Virus record (IMG/VR): IMGVR_UViG_3300030012_000996
Span: 1-50,230 of that record
Length of the DNA stretch: 50,230 nt
Source: a virus
Taxonomy: Duplodnaviria > Caudoviricetes
Strand: one strand, 5' to 3'
Below are positions 38,244 through 46,729 of the stretch, piece by piece (positions within the stretch are counted from its first letter, which is position 1; each line of letters begins with the position of its first letter). A model generated the notes under the pieces. It ran no database searches, was not told the origin of the DNA, and saw only the letters and a program-made list of their open reading frames with translations. A program made the translations under genes and the position numbers.

Positions 38244-38889
38244 TCATTTTTTCGTAGGCGCTCTTGTTATCGTCGTCTTCCGCTACGTCGTTGTATGCGC
38301 TCTCTATGGCTTTCGTGTTTACGCTGAATAGCTCAACGCGTTCTTCTTCTTCCATGTCAGCCATTGCCTTGCGGATAGCCTCTATGTAATCGGTTGTCGT
38401 GTGGAACGTGTGCGCGGTCTTGCGGTCTATTCCAAGCAGTATGTATGACTTAACGTCAACAGACTTTGTAGGCTTGGCATCTCTATCTACCAAATCTTCG
38501 CCTCTATATATGTGTGCGCCCAGTCCAAACATTGAAATGCACTTAGTTAGGCATCTCATTTTAGTGTTAGCAACATCAACAACGTTCCAGTCTTTTTTAG
38601 CGTTATTGTTGAAATCGGTAACCGCCAGCCACATAGAACGCTTTACCCCTTGTATTGTTACAGTGCAATGCACCGAAGCTGATCCGTCAGGATATACCAT
38701 GCAATCCATTAGGCCGTGTTGAGGGTGCTCAAACTCCTTGAACTCGTAGTCAATTTCAGGAAAATACTTTTGTATCTCTTGCCACATGTCAGTCCAACTT
38801 AGATAATCAAACTTACCCTTCTTATCTTTTATTTTATCCATGCTAACCTTGTTTAAGGTTTCCCAGATAGATTTATACTTATCGCTCAT
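38224..38889 (-). CDS. Sak3/DUF1071-type single-strand annealing protein
   Basis: YLSW..MW and MRCLTKCISMFGLGAHIYRGED. Confidence 0.85.
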   Translation of the reverse strand: MSDKYKSIWETLNKVSMDKIKDKKGKFDYLSWTDMWQEIQKYFPEIDYEFKEFEHPQHGLMDCMVYPDGSASVHCTVTIQGVKRSMWLAVTDFNNNAKKDWNVVDVANTKMRCLTKCISMFGLGAHIYRGEDLVDRDAKPTKSVDVKSYILLGIDRKTAHTFHTTTDYIEAIRKAMADMEEEERVELFSVNTKAIESAYNDVAEDDDNKSAYEKMIDLYGK

Positions 38890-39677
38890 TTTATACTCCA
38901 TAGGTTTTTAGCGGCCTCAATGTCCTCATCTGACCAACGCCAGTCGTCAAAGTCTGGATAAAGCAACGAAGCCACAGTTCTAATATCGTCTGAATATGAA
39001 AGTAGGTTCATCATCGCGAACGCTGCTTTTCTAAGGACAGACACGTTTTCTTCTACGTTCGTAATCTCTCTGGTTACAACGTCTGCCTTCTTGGAAGTGA
39101 CGTGTAGAAAGTCTACGTACGCAGGCTTGTTTTCAGCTAGGCTATAAAGGCTTAGCTGACGACAAATGCTTGAAGGCGTATCAGAGAGCAACCTAGCGGT
39201 TGTCTTTATATCTCTAATGCAGTCTTCGTAAGTTAAATCTATGTAACCAATTACCGGAATAGGAATGTCTTCAAACTCTATCTCTATTTTTCTCTGGCAC
39301 TCAACAGGCTTGGTTTCTAGGTTGTTGTAGAAGCTAACGCCCAGATTAACCCATTCTTCTAGTTTGTCCCTTTCCTTGTTTATGTCTTCTGAACTTACAA
39401 AAATAGTATCGTCTATGTTGTGGTTATAGAGCCTATCAAAATCTTTCTTAGCATTGACTATAGACTTCTGTAATCTACTTTCGCTTTCTGAATCCATATC
39501 AAACGAGTTGCATATAGCGTTATCTATAGCTGTGCCACGCCACATAGCGGGACTGCTGGAAGAACGATAACCGCTAACCTTTAGCAGCCAGTGACACGGA
39601 CTTGATATAAATTGGTTTATGGAACTAGCCGACAGATGAGTAATATCGTGGGCCTCAAACGGATCATTTTTCATCAT
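38886..39677 (-). CDS. PD-(D/E)XK exonuclease
   Basis: HLSASSINQF, GYIDL...DIKT, QLSLY. Confidence 0.85.
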   Translation of the reverse strand: MMKNDPFEAHDITHLSASSINQFISSPCHWLLKVSGYRSSSSPAMWRGTAIDNAICNSFDMDSESESRLQKSIVNAKKDFDRLYNHNIDDTIFVSSEDINKERDKLEEWVNLGVSFYNNLETKPVECQRKIEIEFEDIPIPVIGYIDLTYEDCIRDIKTTARLLSDTPSSICRQLSLYSLAENKPAYVDFLHVTSKKADVVTREITNVEENVSVLRKAAFAMMNLLSYSDDIRTVASLLYPDFDDWRWSDEDIEAAKNLWSIK

Positions 39678-39699
39678 TTCATTACCTCTAATTTATGAC

Positions 39700-39749
39700 T
39701 TGTCATTTAATGTATATGTGATTATAATTCATATTTGGAATAATTGAAA
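39700..39749. promoter_or_regulatory. interlocked opposite-strand promoters sharing one ATTATAAT
   Basis: Plus: TTGTCA-17 bp-TATAAT (39700-39728). Minus: TTTCAA-17 bp-TATAAT (39749-39721). Confidence 0.65.
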
Positions 39750-39756
39750 CAATTTT

Positions 39757-39975
39757 ATGCTCCTAAAGTCATATCTAAAAAAGCACAAACATACGCAGAT
39801 GTCCTTTATAGAACTGATAGATATAGCTACTGGCGTTAAGATTCCGCAGGGAACTTTTGCTAAATGGATCACCGGTTCAAGAATACCCAGAAAGAAAGAA
39901 ATGATGATCTTGTACAACATAACGGAAGGTCATGTTCAACCAAACGATTTTTACTTAGAGGAGATAAAAGATTAG
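39757..39975 (+). CDS. Cro/XRE-like HTH regulator
   Basis: LKSYL...TQ..F...KW..G.RIP...M..LY..T.G.V.PNDFY. Confidence 0.82.
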   Translation: MLLKSYLKKHKHTQMSFIELIDIATGVKIPQGTFAKWITGSRIPRKKEMMILYNITEGHVQPNDFYLEEIKD

Positions 39976-40066
39976 TTAGCGCTCTGGCAAATGTTAATTG
40001 CGGCTTACGTAGCGGCAAGGACAAATCACTTAAAAAACGTCAGGGCGTTGGCTTCTTGAAAAAAAT

Positions 40067-40585
40067 ATGAACAAAGAAATATTAAACGTTGAATTATCTA
40101 AATTAGTTCCATATGAGAAAAACTCACGCACGCACACGCAAGAGCAAATAGAACAGATAGCAAGCTCTATTCAGGAGTTTGGTTTTACTAACCCTGTTCT
40201 TATAGACGAGAACAACTCCGTACTGGCAGGTCACGGTAGAGTCAAGGCGGCTGAACTTTTAGAGCTTAATGATGTGCCTACACTAAAAGTAACTGGATTA
40301 TCTGATAAACAGAAAAGAGCATACGTAATAGCAGACAATAAGTTAGCTCTTAATGCTACTTGGAATGACGACATATTGCAGACCGAGTTGCAGGATTTGT
40401 TCAATTCAGACTTTGACCTAAGCATACTAGGATTAAATGAGAATGAGATAAACAGCTTTCTAGGCGATTCACTTAACGACATATCTGACGAAAAGGATTT
40501 TGTAGGGGCCGAGGAAATCACATTAGACGACATAGATAACTTTGCTCATGAATGTCCGAGATGCGGCTTCAATTTTAATGATTGA
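40067..40585 (+). CDS. ParB/Srx-like domain protein with C-terminal Cys motif
   Basis: NSRTH, SIQEFGFTNPVLID, AGHGR, ADNKL; ends HECPRCGF. Confidence 0.88.
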   Translation: MNKEILNVELSKLVPYEKNSRTHTQEQIEQIASSIQEFGFTNPVLIDENNSVLAGHGRVKAAELLELNDVPTLKVTGLSDKQKRAYVIADNKLALNATWNDDILQTELQDLFNSDFDLSILGLNENEINSFLGDSLNDISDEKDFVGAEEITLDDIDNFAHECPRCGFNFND

Positions 40586-41618
40586 CAAACGTAAGCACGG
40601 TTCCTGGTGGTTTAGGGATTTAGAAGGCATAAGAAAAAACGGATTAAACGTATTCAGTACCTTTAGCTGCGGAGGTGGTTCAACTATGGGCTACAAGTTA
40701 GCCGGTTGCAATGTTCTAGGTTGCGTAGAGATTGACGATAAGTTAATGGAAATGTACAAGGCTAATCACAATCCGAAATATTCATACAAAATGGCTATAC
40801 AGGATTTCAACAAAATACCACTTAATGAAATACCAGAACCCTTAAAAAACTTAGACATATTAGACGGATCGCCGCCGTGTTCTGTTTTCAGCACGGCAGG
40901 AGCAAGAGAAAAAAAATGGGGCAAGGAATATTATTTCAGAGAGGGCCAGGAAGTGCAGAAGCTGGACGATTTATTTTTCCACTTTATAGATACCGCTGAA
41001 AGGCTTAAGCCTAAGATCGTGATAGCAGAAAACGTAAGAGGTCTTATTCTAGGAAATGCTAGAGGTTACGTGAAAGAAATATTTTTAGCATTAGACAAGG
41101 CCGGTTACGACGCGCAACTATATTTACTCAACGCTGCTAAAATGGGTGTTCCGCAGTCTAGGGTTAGAACATTTTTTATAGCAAGAAGAAAAGACCTTAA
41201 ACTACCTAAGGTTAAACTGGAATTCAACGAGCCTAACATTTCTTTTTACGATGCAATGAGGGGCACAAACCAGGAACAGGAGAGAAAAAAGATAAGGCAT
41301 ACGCTTTTAGAAATGTGGAGAGCAACTAAACCGGGTAAAAATCTAGGAACAGCTAACGAGAAAGGACATTTCTTTAGCCTATACAAAGTCAATCCAAAGC
41401 TACCAGTCAACACGATTACCGCTAACGGACCCACGCACATACACTGGGACAAACCCTACTATTTATCAAAACAAGAGCTCATAAGGCTCCAGACATTTCC
41501 AGAGGACTATGATTTCTTGGATCAACAGACGCAATACGTAACTGGAATGTCCGTTCCGCCGTTTATGATTCAAAGGGTCGTGCTTGAGATAGATCGGCAG
41601 CTATCGTTGTCTACTTGA
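40578..41618 (+). CDS. DNA (cytosine-5) methyltransferase
   Basis: FSCGGG (motif I), GSPPC (IV), ENV (VI), QSR.R (VIII), RLQTFP, GMSVPP (X). Confidence 0.93.
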   Translation: MIDKRKHGSWWFRDLEGIRKNGLNVFSTFSCGGGSTMGYKLAGCNVLGCVEIDDKLMEMYKANHNPKYSYKMAIQDFNKIPLNEIPEPLKNLDILDGSPPCSVFSTAGAREKKWGKEYYFREGQEVQKLDDLFFHFIDTAERLKPKIVIAENVRGLILGNARGYVKEIFLALDKAGYDAQLYLLNAAKMGVPQSRVRTFFIARRKDLKLPKVKLEFNEPNISFYDAMRGTNQEQERKKIRHTLLEMWRATKPGKNLGTANEKGHFFSLYKVNPKLPVNTITANGPTHIHWDKPYYLSKQELIRLQTFPEDYDFLDQQTQYVTGMSVPPFMIQRVVLEIDRQLSLST

Positions 41619-43332
41619 TGTTGAAGCTATCAAGATAGTCATTATCCCACTGCATGTCTTCGTTTTCTTGATATTTTTCAAAGCATCTTTTCTCAACGTT
41701 ATACTGGAACTTGCATTCGCCTATCTTTCCGTACAAGTCCTGCTCTCTGATTTTCCTAGTTATAACGTTAGTGGAGTTATCCTCAAAGTCCCTATGAACT
41801 GTTAGAACCGCGTCTGACTGGTTGTGCCAATGACTGGCGCCGCTTATGTCATATGCTGTTGGCGGTAGATAGCTTCCCTCGTTAGTCTTAGGTAACTTAG
41901 TTGGGTGGGCTATAACCCAGCAAACTATCTCATAGAGCCTTGTAAACCTCTTGCATAAAGAAATAAAGTCCCTTATGTGCTCGTCTTCTCTTTGATTGCT
42001 GCTTCTAATAGCAGAAACTTCATTGAACGGATCAATAATTAGGCCGTTTATTCCGTGCTTGTAAACCGCTGATTTAGCTACCGATAGTATTAGGTCTATG
42101 CTAGGAATGGCATCTTTAGTTTCTATGAAGAAAAAATGTTTATTGATGAAGTGCAAGCCCTCGTTCAGTTCGGTTTTAGACATTCGGTTTTTGATATGTT
42201 CGTCAAAAGGTTTTTGAAGATACATTTGAACCAAGCGCCTAATGTGCATTGAGGTAGAATGTTCCGGAGAGAATATAGCAAAGCGCCAACCGTTTATTTT
42301 TGCAAGGTTAATTAGTATCTGATCAAGAAAGACTGATTTACCATGATTCGGAATACCAGTAATAACGTGGAAAGTACCGGTCATGATTTTGTATATTTCA
42401 TCTAGGCCGTGCATACCGATCTCTGTAGGCTTTTCGTAGTCGCCTTCGTATAGATCGTTTACCTGCGAGTAATAGTCAGCAGCCGTGTATAGGCCTTCAA
42501 TAGGATATGGAACTGCTTGTTCAACTATCTCGCGCAACTTCATTGGGCCGTGTTTAATTAGAACTTCGTTAGCATCTTTACAGTTATCTGGAATTTCAAC
42601 ATACCAACAAACATCTTTTCCGAACCTATGAAGCAACTCTTTATGAAGCGCTTTTCCGCTATCGTCATTGTCAGTGAATAGAATAACCTTAGTGGCTGGT
42701 AGATTGCAGTTTTCAAGAGCAGCAAATCTTTTGTCGTTTTCCTCGCCCTTATATTCCTTAGGCGCTCCGTTAGGTAGTGTGGTAGCGTAATCAAAACCAA
42801 CCTCTGCAAGAGCCAGGACGTCAAACTCACCTTCGGTAAATATTATCACCTCACTGGAGCAAATCTTGTCAAAGTTATAGAGAATGGATTTAGCGTTAGC
42901 CGATTGCCTAAATCTTTTGTCTCTTGTTCGGTATTTAATGTTAGTCAATTCGCCGTTCTCGTCAAAATACTGGAAGGCGCACCATTCGTTTTCTTGAACC
43001 ACCTTATATTTTTCACACGTCTCTTTGCTTATTCCCCGCTCTTTCATGTATTCATAAAATGACGCTTGGGGTTTCTTAGGCTCCTCTGGAGGTGTGGGCC
43101 GCACGTAATTAACTTTCTTCTTAGGCTCGTGAATGTAACCGGTGTTCTTTCCGCCAGTCCATTCGCAGTGATGACATTTCCACATAACACTATCGTAAGT
43201 AATGGTCACGGAAAGGGGGTTATCTCTAGGGTTATGGGGTGGCTGACATCTTGGACATTTGACTTTCTGATTACCTTCTTGAAAGTGTTTAACTGAAATT
43301 TGGTTGTCTGCGAGTATATTCTGAATATTCAT
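41611..43332 (-). CDS. T7 gp4/Twinkle-like primase-helicase
   Basis: CPRC...CHHC zinc domain, TOPRIM EGEFD/DND/KDANE, Walker A GIPNHGKS, IIDP, AHP.K. Confidence 0.93.
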   Translation of the reverse strand: MNIQNILADNQISVKHFQEGNQKVKCPRCQPPHNPRDNPLSVTITYDSVMWKCHHCEWTGGKNTGYIHEPKKKVNYVRPTPPEEPKKPQASFYEYMKERGISKETCEKYKVVQENEWCAFQYFDENGELTNIKYRTRDKRFRQSANAKSILYNFDKICSSEVIIFTEGEFDVLALAEVGFDYATTLPNGAPKEYKGEENDKRFAALENCNLPATKVILFTDNDDSGKALHKELLHRFGKDVCWYVEIPDNCKDANEVLIKHGPMKLREIVEQAVPYPIEGLYTAADYYSQVNDLYEGDYEKPTEIGMHGLDEIYKIMTGTFHVITGIPNHGKSVFLDQILINLAKINGWRFAIFSPEHSTSMHIRRLVQMYLQKPFDEHIKNRMSKTELNEGLHFINKHFFFIETKDAIPSIDLILSVAKSAVYKHGINGLIIDPFNEVSAIRSSNQREDEHIRDFISLCKRFTRLYEIVCWVIAHPTKLPKTNEGSYLPPTAYDISGASHWHNQSDAVLTVHRDFEDNSTNVITRKIREQDLYGKIGECKFQYNVEKRCFEKYQENEDMQWDNDYLDSFNIK

Positions 43333-43336
43333 TTTA

Positions 43337-43963
43337 TTATCCTGCTAGGTTGTTAAGGTTTTTATTTTTAATCGGTTTTTCCGCAAAGTCCAAATATCTC
43401 TGCTGATTTAGAAACGTTGCAGCGTGTGGTATGAACTTTTCGTCTGTGGTTAGATTCTCCTGCGCAAACACCTTAGCTGCGTGGATTACCATAGGAAACT
43501 GTTTTGGATCCAACTTACAAAAACTAACACTAGCTTGATACTTACCCACCTTTCTGGGATAGTGTTTCCAGAACACCTCAAACTCCTTAGTATATTCTTT
43601 AGTATTATCTTTAGTATTGTTGGTCCTTGACGACATCTGGGTAGGTGCACTGTCAGTAGTAGGGGTAGTGTTGTCAGCAACTATAGGGTCACTTTTTAAG
43701 GTTAGATGATACCTATTGCTTGTGTAGCCGCCGTTATCCAGTTTCCTACGCTCTATTCTTAGAAGTCCCATTTCCTCAAACTCCTTGATAGCGTTCTGTA
43801 TTGTCCTGGTCGTTTCAAGCCCTATCACCCTAGCTATATGTTTATAGGAAGGGTAACAGGTACCTTTTTCGTCAGCGTAGTTTGCAAGAATTACTAGAAC
43901 CAACTTTTTTGTTGGAGTTAGGCCGTCAATCTTTAGGGCTTTATTTAGGCACTCAATTGACAT
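43337..43963 (-). CDS. HTH replication initiator-like protein
   Basis: KLVL..LANYAD....CYPS HTH; FE.FW..YPRKVGK; PHAATFLNQ.R. Confidence 0.82.
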   Translation of the reverse strand: MSIECLNKALKIDGLTPTKKLVLVILANYADEKGTCYPSYKHIARVIGLETTRTIQNAIKEFEEMGLLRIERRKLDNGGYTSNRYHLTLKSDPIVADNTTPTTDSAPTQMSSRTNNTKDNTKEYTKEFEVFWKHYPRKVGKYQASVSFCKLDPKQFPMVIHAAKVFAQENLTTDEKFIPHAATFLNQQRYLDFAEKPIKNKNLNNLAG

Positions 43964-44195
43964 CTAACTCAACTCCTATCCACTTGGCATTCTTCATACC
44001 GAACAGTCCTTGAGTAAGAAGGTCGTAGTCGTTCTTGTTACCTACGACTATGTCAACAACCTTGTGCTTTATGACAGTCTTGCTTGGATTTAGCTGTGAC
44101 TGGGTTTCTCTGATGAAGTCTCTTGCTTCCTCTACGTCTTTGAAGTTTCTGTTTATAGCCACGTTAGACTCCCAACTTATTCTGTTCGGATTCAC
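43953..44195 (-). CDS. hypothetical protein
   Basis: Overlap-coupled within the replication operon. Confidence 0.55.
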   Translation of the reverse strand: MNPNRISWESNVAINRNFKDVEEARDFIRETQSQLNPSKTVIKHKVVDIVVGNKNDYDLLTQGLFGMKNAKWIGVELDVN

Positions 44196-44382
44196 TTCTC
44201 AATGCGTCCGACTCAAACCGCATGTAATCCGCTAGAACATCGTCTAGGTTATCTGGCGTCGCTATGTTGTTTACCAAGAGAGCTAACTTTAGCTCGGAGG
44301 TAATTCGTAGGTACTCCCATACGAGAGTTTCGTCTAATACGTCTCTGATCTCTTGTATCTGTTCTTTTGTTGCTATTTGCAT
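44164..44382 (-). CDS. hypothetical protein
   Basis: AGGAG RBS. Confidence 0.7.
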   Translation of the reverse strand: MQIATKEQIQEIRDVLDETLVWEYLRITSELKLALLVNNIATPDNLDDVLADYMRFESDALRSESEQNKLGV

Positions 44383-44394
44383 TTTATACTCCTA

Positions 44395-44417
44395 AAAAAA
44401 GGGGGCGCTAACCCCCA
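44395..44417 (-). terminator. intrinsic terminator/attenuator after the first early gene
   Basis: Minus strand GGGGG-TTAGCG-CCCCC-TTTTTT, directly before the next RBS. Confidence 0.75.
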
Positions 44418-44424
44418 GTTGAAA

Positions 44425-44805
44425 TTAATTGATTGAATGAAACTCCATGTAGGGTTCTTCGCTATGGCCCTCTGGCAGCCAAGACAACTTATCGGCAACT
44501 TCGGTCATAAACAAATTCACATCTGTTGTTCCGCCGTCCTCTGTCTCTCTAGCGAGGATTGCCTTACCAGCGTAGTTACCGGAACCCAGTCTGAAATACC
44601 TATTGTTATTCCTCAATAGGCCTTCGTCGTCTACGTACATAATAACACCGCCGCCTAAACGGACAATGTCAAAGCATCTGCAATCCATAACCTTATAGTA
44701 GTCCTGAATGTTTGAATCGGACAATTCCACGTAGGATAGACTCTGATCAAAGGGGTCTATAAGCATTACTTGGATTCGGTTTTCGTTGGGGTTTTCTTCT
44801 TTCAT
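44425..44805 (-). CDS. DUF3846-like hypothetical protein
   Basis: LIDPF...MYVDDEGLL...YAGKAIL. Confidence 0.7.
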   Translation of the reverse strand: MKEENPNENRIQVMLIDPFDQSLSYVELSDSNIQDYYKVMDCRCFDIVRLGGGVIMYVDDEGLLRNNNRYFRLGSGNYAGKAILARETEDGGTTDVNLFMTEVADKLSWLPEGHSEEPYMEFHSIN

Positions 44806-44845
44806 TTTATACCTGCTCTGTGAGCGTTTAATTTATTTAGTACGA

Positions 44846-44888
44846 ATATTAACGCTTGTTACCCCTCAAATAAACCTTTTTTGGAATA
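44846..44888 (-). promoter_or_regulatory. leftward promoter with TATTCC motif (copy 4)
   Basis: TATTCCAAAAAAGG-TTTATT-17 bp-TAATAT. Confidence 0.7.
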
Positions 44889-44964
44889 TTAATATACCGA
44901 TATTGATAAAATGCTTTGTTTATAATCATTTTTGGAATAATATGTTGATAAAATCTTAGAATTT

Positions 44965-45522
44965 ATGAGCAAAAAACAAGCAACCACAAAACTAACTGAT
45001 TCATTGAAATTAAAAATCAGGAACGATTTTGTTCATGGTACAGGTGAGAAAGATAAAAAAAAGTTCCCCACTTTAGACGAACTAATAAAAAAATATAAAG
45101 TTGCACAAAGCACCGTTTACAGGACAGCACAAAAAGAAAACTGGAAAGTACAAAAAGACCAATTCCAACAAGACTACCTACAGAAACTTGACAAGGCACG
45201 CACTAAAGAAATGGCAGACGAGTCAATCAAGTTTGACAACAACTCAATAAATCTAGCTAAGGCCCTCTATCAAACTGTCGGGCAAGTGATTCAGAGAAAC
45301 AACAACGATATTAGAAATGGCAGAAAAGGATTACCGCCAAATCAAATAAATGCCCTAGCTAACGCAGCGGTAGTTGCGCAGCGACTGGCAAAACTTGCTT
45401 TAGGAGAAGCAACACATAACATAGATGCAAAAGTCACAGAAAATGACAGCTTCCGAAGAGCTATGGAATTGCTTGACTCAGTTGAGTCCAGCAGAAGCGA
45501 AAGCGATAGAACTACGCACTGA
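44965..45522 (+). CDS. terS: putative terminase small subunit
   Basis: N-terminal HTH (LDELIKKYKVAQSTVYR...W); directly upstream of and overlapping terL. Confidence 0.65.
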   Translation: MSKKQATTKLTDSLKLKIRNDFVHGTGEKDKKKFPTLDELIKKYKVAQSTVYRTAQKENWKVQKDQFQQDYLQKLDKARTKEMADESIKFDNNSINLAKALYQTVGQVIQRNNNDIRNGRKGLPPNQINALANAAVVAQRLAKLALGEATHNIDAKVTENDSFRRAMELLDSVESSRSESDRTTH

Positions 45523-46729
45523 CTGGCTGGAAACAGCACGTAACAAACAGCTACAACCACAAGTTGAGCATTACATATGGTTGATCTTAGCCGGAAGGGG
45601 TTGGGGTAAAACGCGTACTGGGGCACAAGACATTGCCTTATACGCACTTAGAAACCCAGACGTAACTTGCGCAGTAGTGGCTCCAACAGCAGGAGACCTA
45701 AGAAGGGTTTGTTTTGGCGGCCCGAGTGGTCTAGTTAACATAATGCCTAAAGAGTGCCTATCTACATCTAAAAGCATCAAGGGGTATTCATCAAGCATGT
45801 CGGAATTGAGATTGCACAACGGATCAAAAATAGTTGGTTATGCAGCATCAGAACCAGAGAGACTTAGAGGACCCCAGTTTCATAGAGCATGGTGTGACGA
45901 GATAGCAGCTTGGAGATACCCGGAAGCGTTTGATCAGCTAATGTTCGGATTAAGGCTAGGAGACAATCCACAATGCGTAATAACAACGACACCTAAACCG
46001 GTAAAAATCATTAAGGATTTAATGACCAGGAATGACGTAACAGTTACATCTGGAAGCACGTTTGAGAACGAGGCTAACTTAGCAGATAGCGCACTAGCAA
46101 TGCTAAGAGACAAATACGAGGGAACTACTTTAGGAAGACAGGAGCTATACGCCGAGCTAATAGAAAACATAGACGGCGCATTATGGACTAGCGCCTTAAT
46201 TGACGAGGCTAGATTTTCGGAAGATACAGAAAAAGAACTAAAGCAAATAATAGTCGCTATTGATCCGGCAGTAACCAGCGGAGAGGATTCGGACGAAACT
46301 GGAATAATGGTAGTTGGCAAAGACCATAATAATGAGTATTATGTACTTGAAGATGTTTCTGGTAGATATTCGCCAGATGCATGGGCTAGAAAAGCCATTA
46401 ATTGTTATTACGACTGGGGCGCTGATAGAATAGTCGCAGAGGTTAACAACGGTGGTGACTTGGTGGAAAGACTACTAAGGGGAATGAATGAAAACATACC
46501 CTATAGGTCTGTAAGAGCTACGAGAGGTAAAATGGTAAGAGCCGAACCTATTGCAGCACTTTATGAGCAAAGGCGTGTTCACCATATTGGCTACTTTCCA
46601 GAGCTAGAGTCACAGATGTGCAGTTATACGGGAGAGTTAAAGCCAAGTCCTGATAGATTAGACGCTTTAGTCTGGGGAATAACAGAACTAAGCAAATCAA
46701 AAGGCGAGGTAAATTGGAGAATTAGCTAA
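45425..46729 (+). CDS. terL: terminase large subunit
   Basis: AGRGWGKT, WCDE, ITTTPKP, AIDPA, SPDRLDA; true start uncertain (45443 or later). Confidence 0.96.
   Translation: MQKSQKMTASEELWNCLTQLSPAEAKAIELRTDWLETARNKQLQPQVEHYIWLILAGRGWGKTRTGAQDIALYALRNPDVTCAVVAPTAGDLRRVCFGGPSGLVNIMPKECLSTSKSIKGYSSSMSELRLHNGSKIVGYAASEPERLRGPQFHRAWCDEIAAWRYPEAFDQLMFGLRLGDNPQCVITTTPKPVKIIKDLMTRNDVTVTSGSTFENEANLADSALAMLRDKYEGTTLGRQELYAELIENIDGALWTSALIDEARFSEDTEKELKQIIVAIDPAVTSGEDSDETGIMVVGKDHNNEYYVLEDVSGRYSPDAWARKAINCYYDWGADRIVAEVNNGGDLVERLLRGMNENIPYRSVRATRGKMVRAEPIAALYEQRRVHHIGYFPELESQMCSYTGELKPSPDRLDALVWGITELSKSKGEVNWRIS

Noticed and set aside
38886-39677. Cas4 / CRISPR association
   Set aside because: No Fe-S cysteine cluster pattern, other cas genes or array; context is a Sak-exonuclease recombination pair.
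39974-40053. Known SAM-II/SAM-V riboswitch, or stop read-through fusing cro to parB
   Set aside because: The SAM-II/V pseudoknot consensus is not evident; the read-through frame stops at TGA and is out of frame with parB.
40067-40585. Plasmid-prophage partition system
   Set aside because: No ParA; this is the methylase-associated ParB/Srx-like type.
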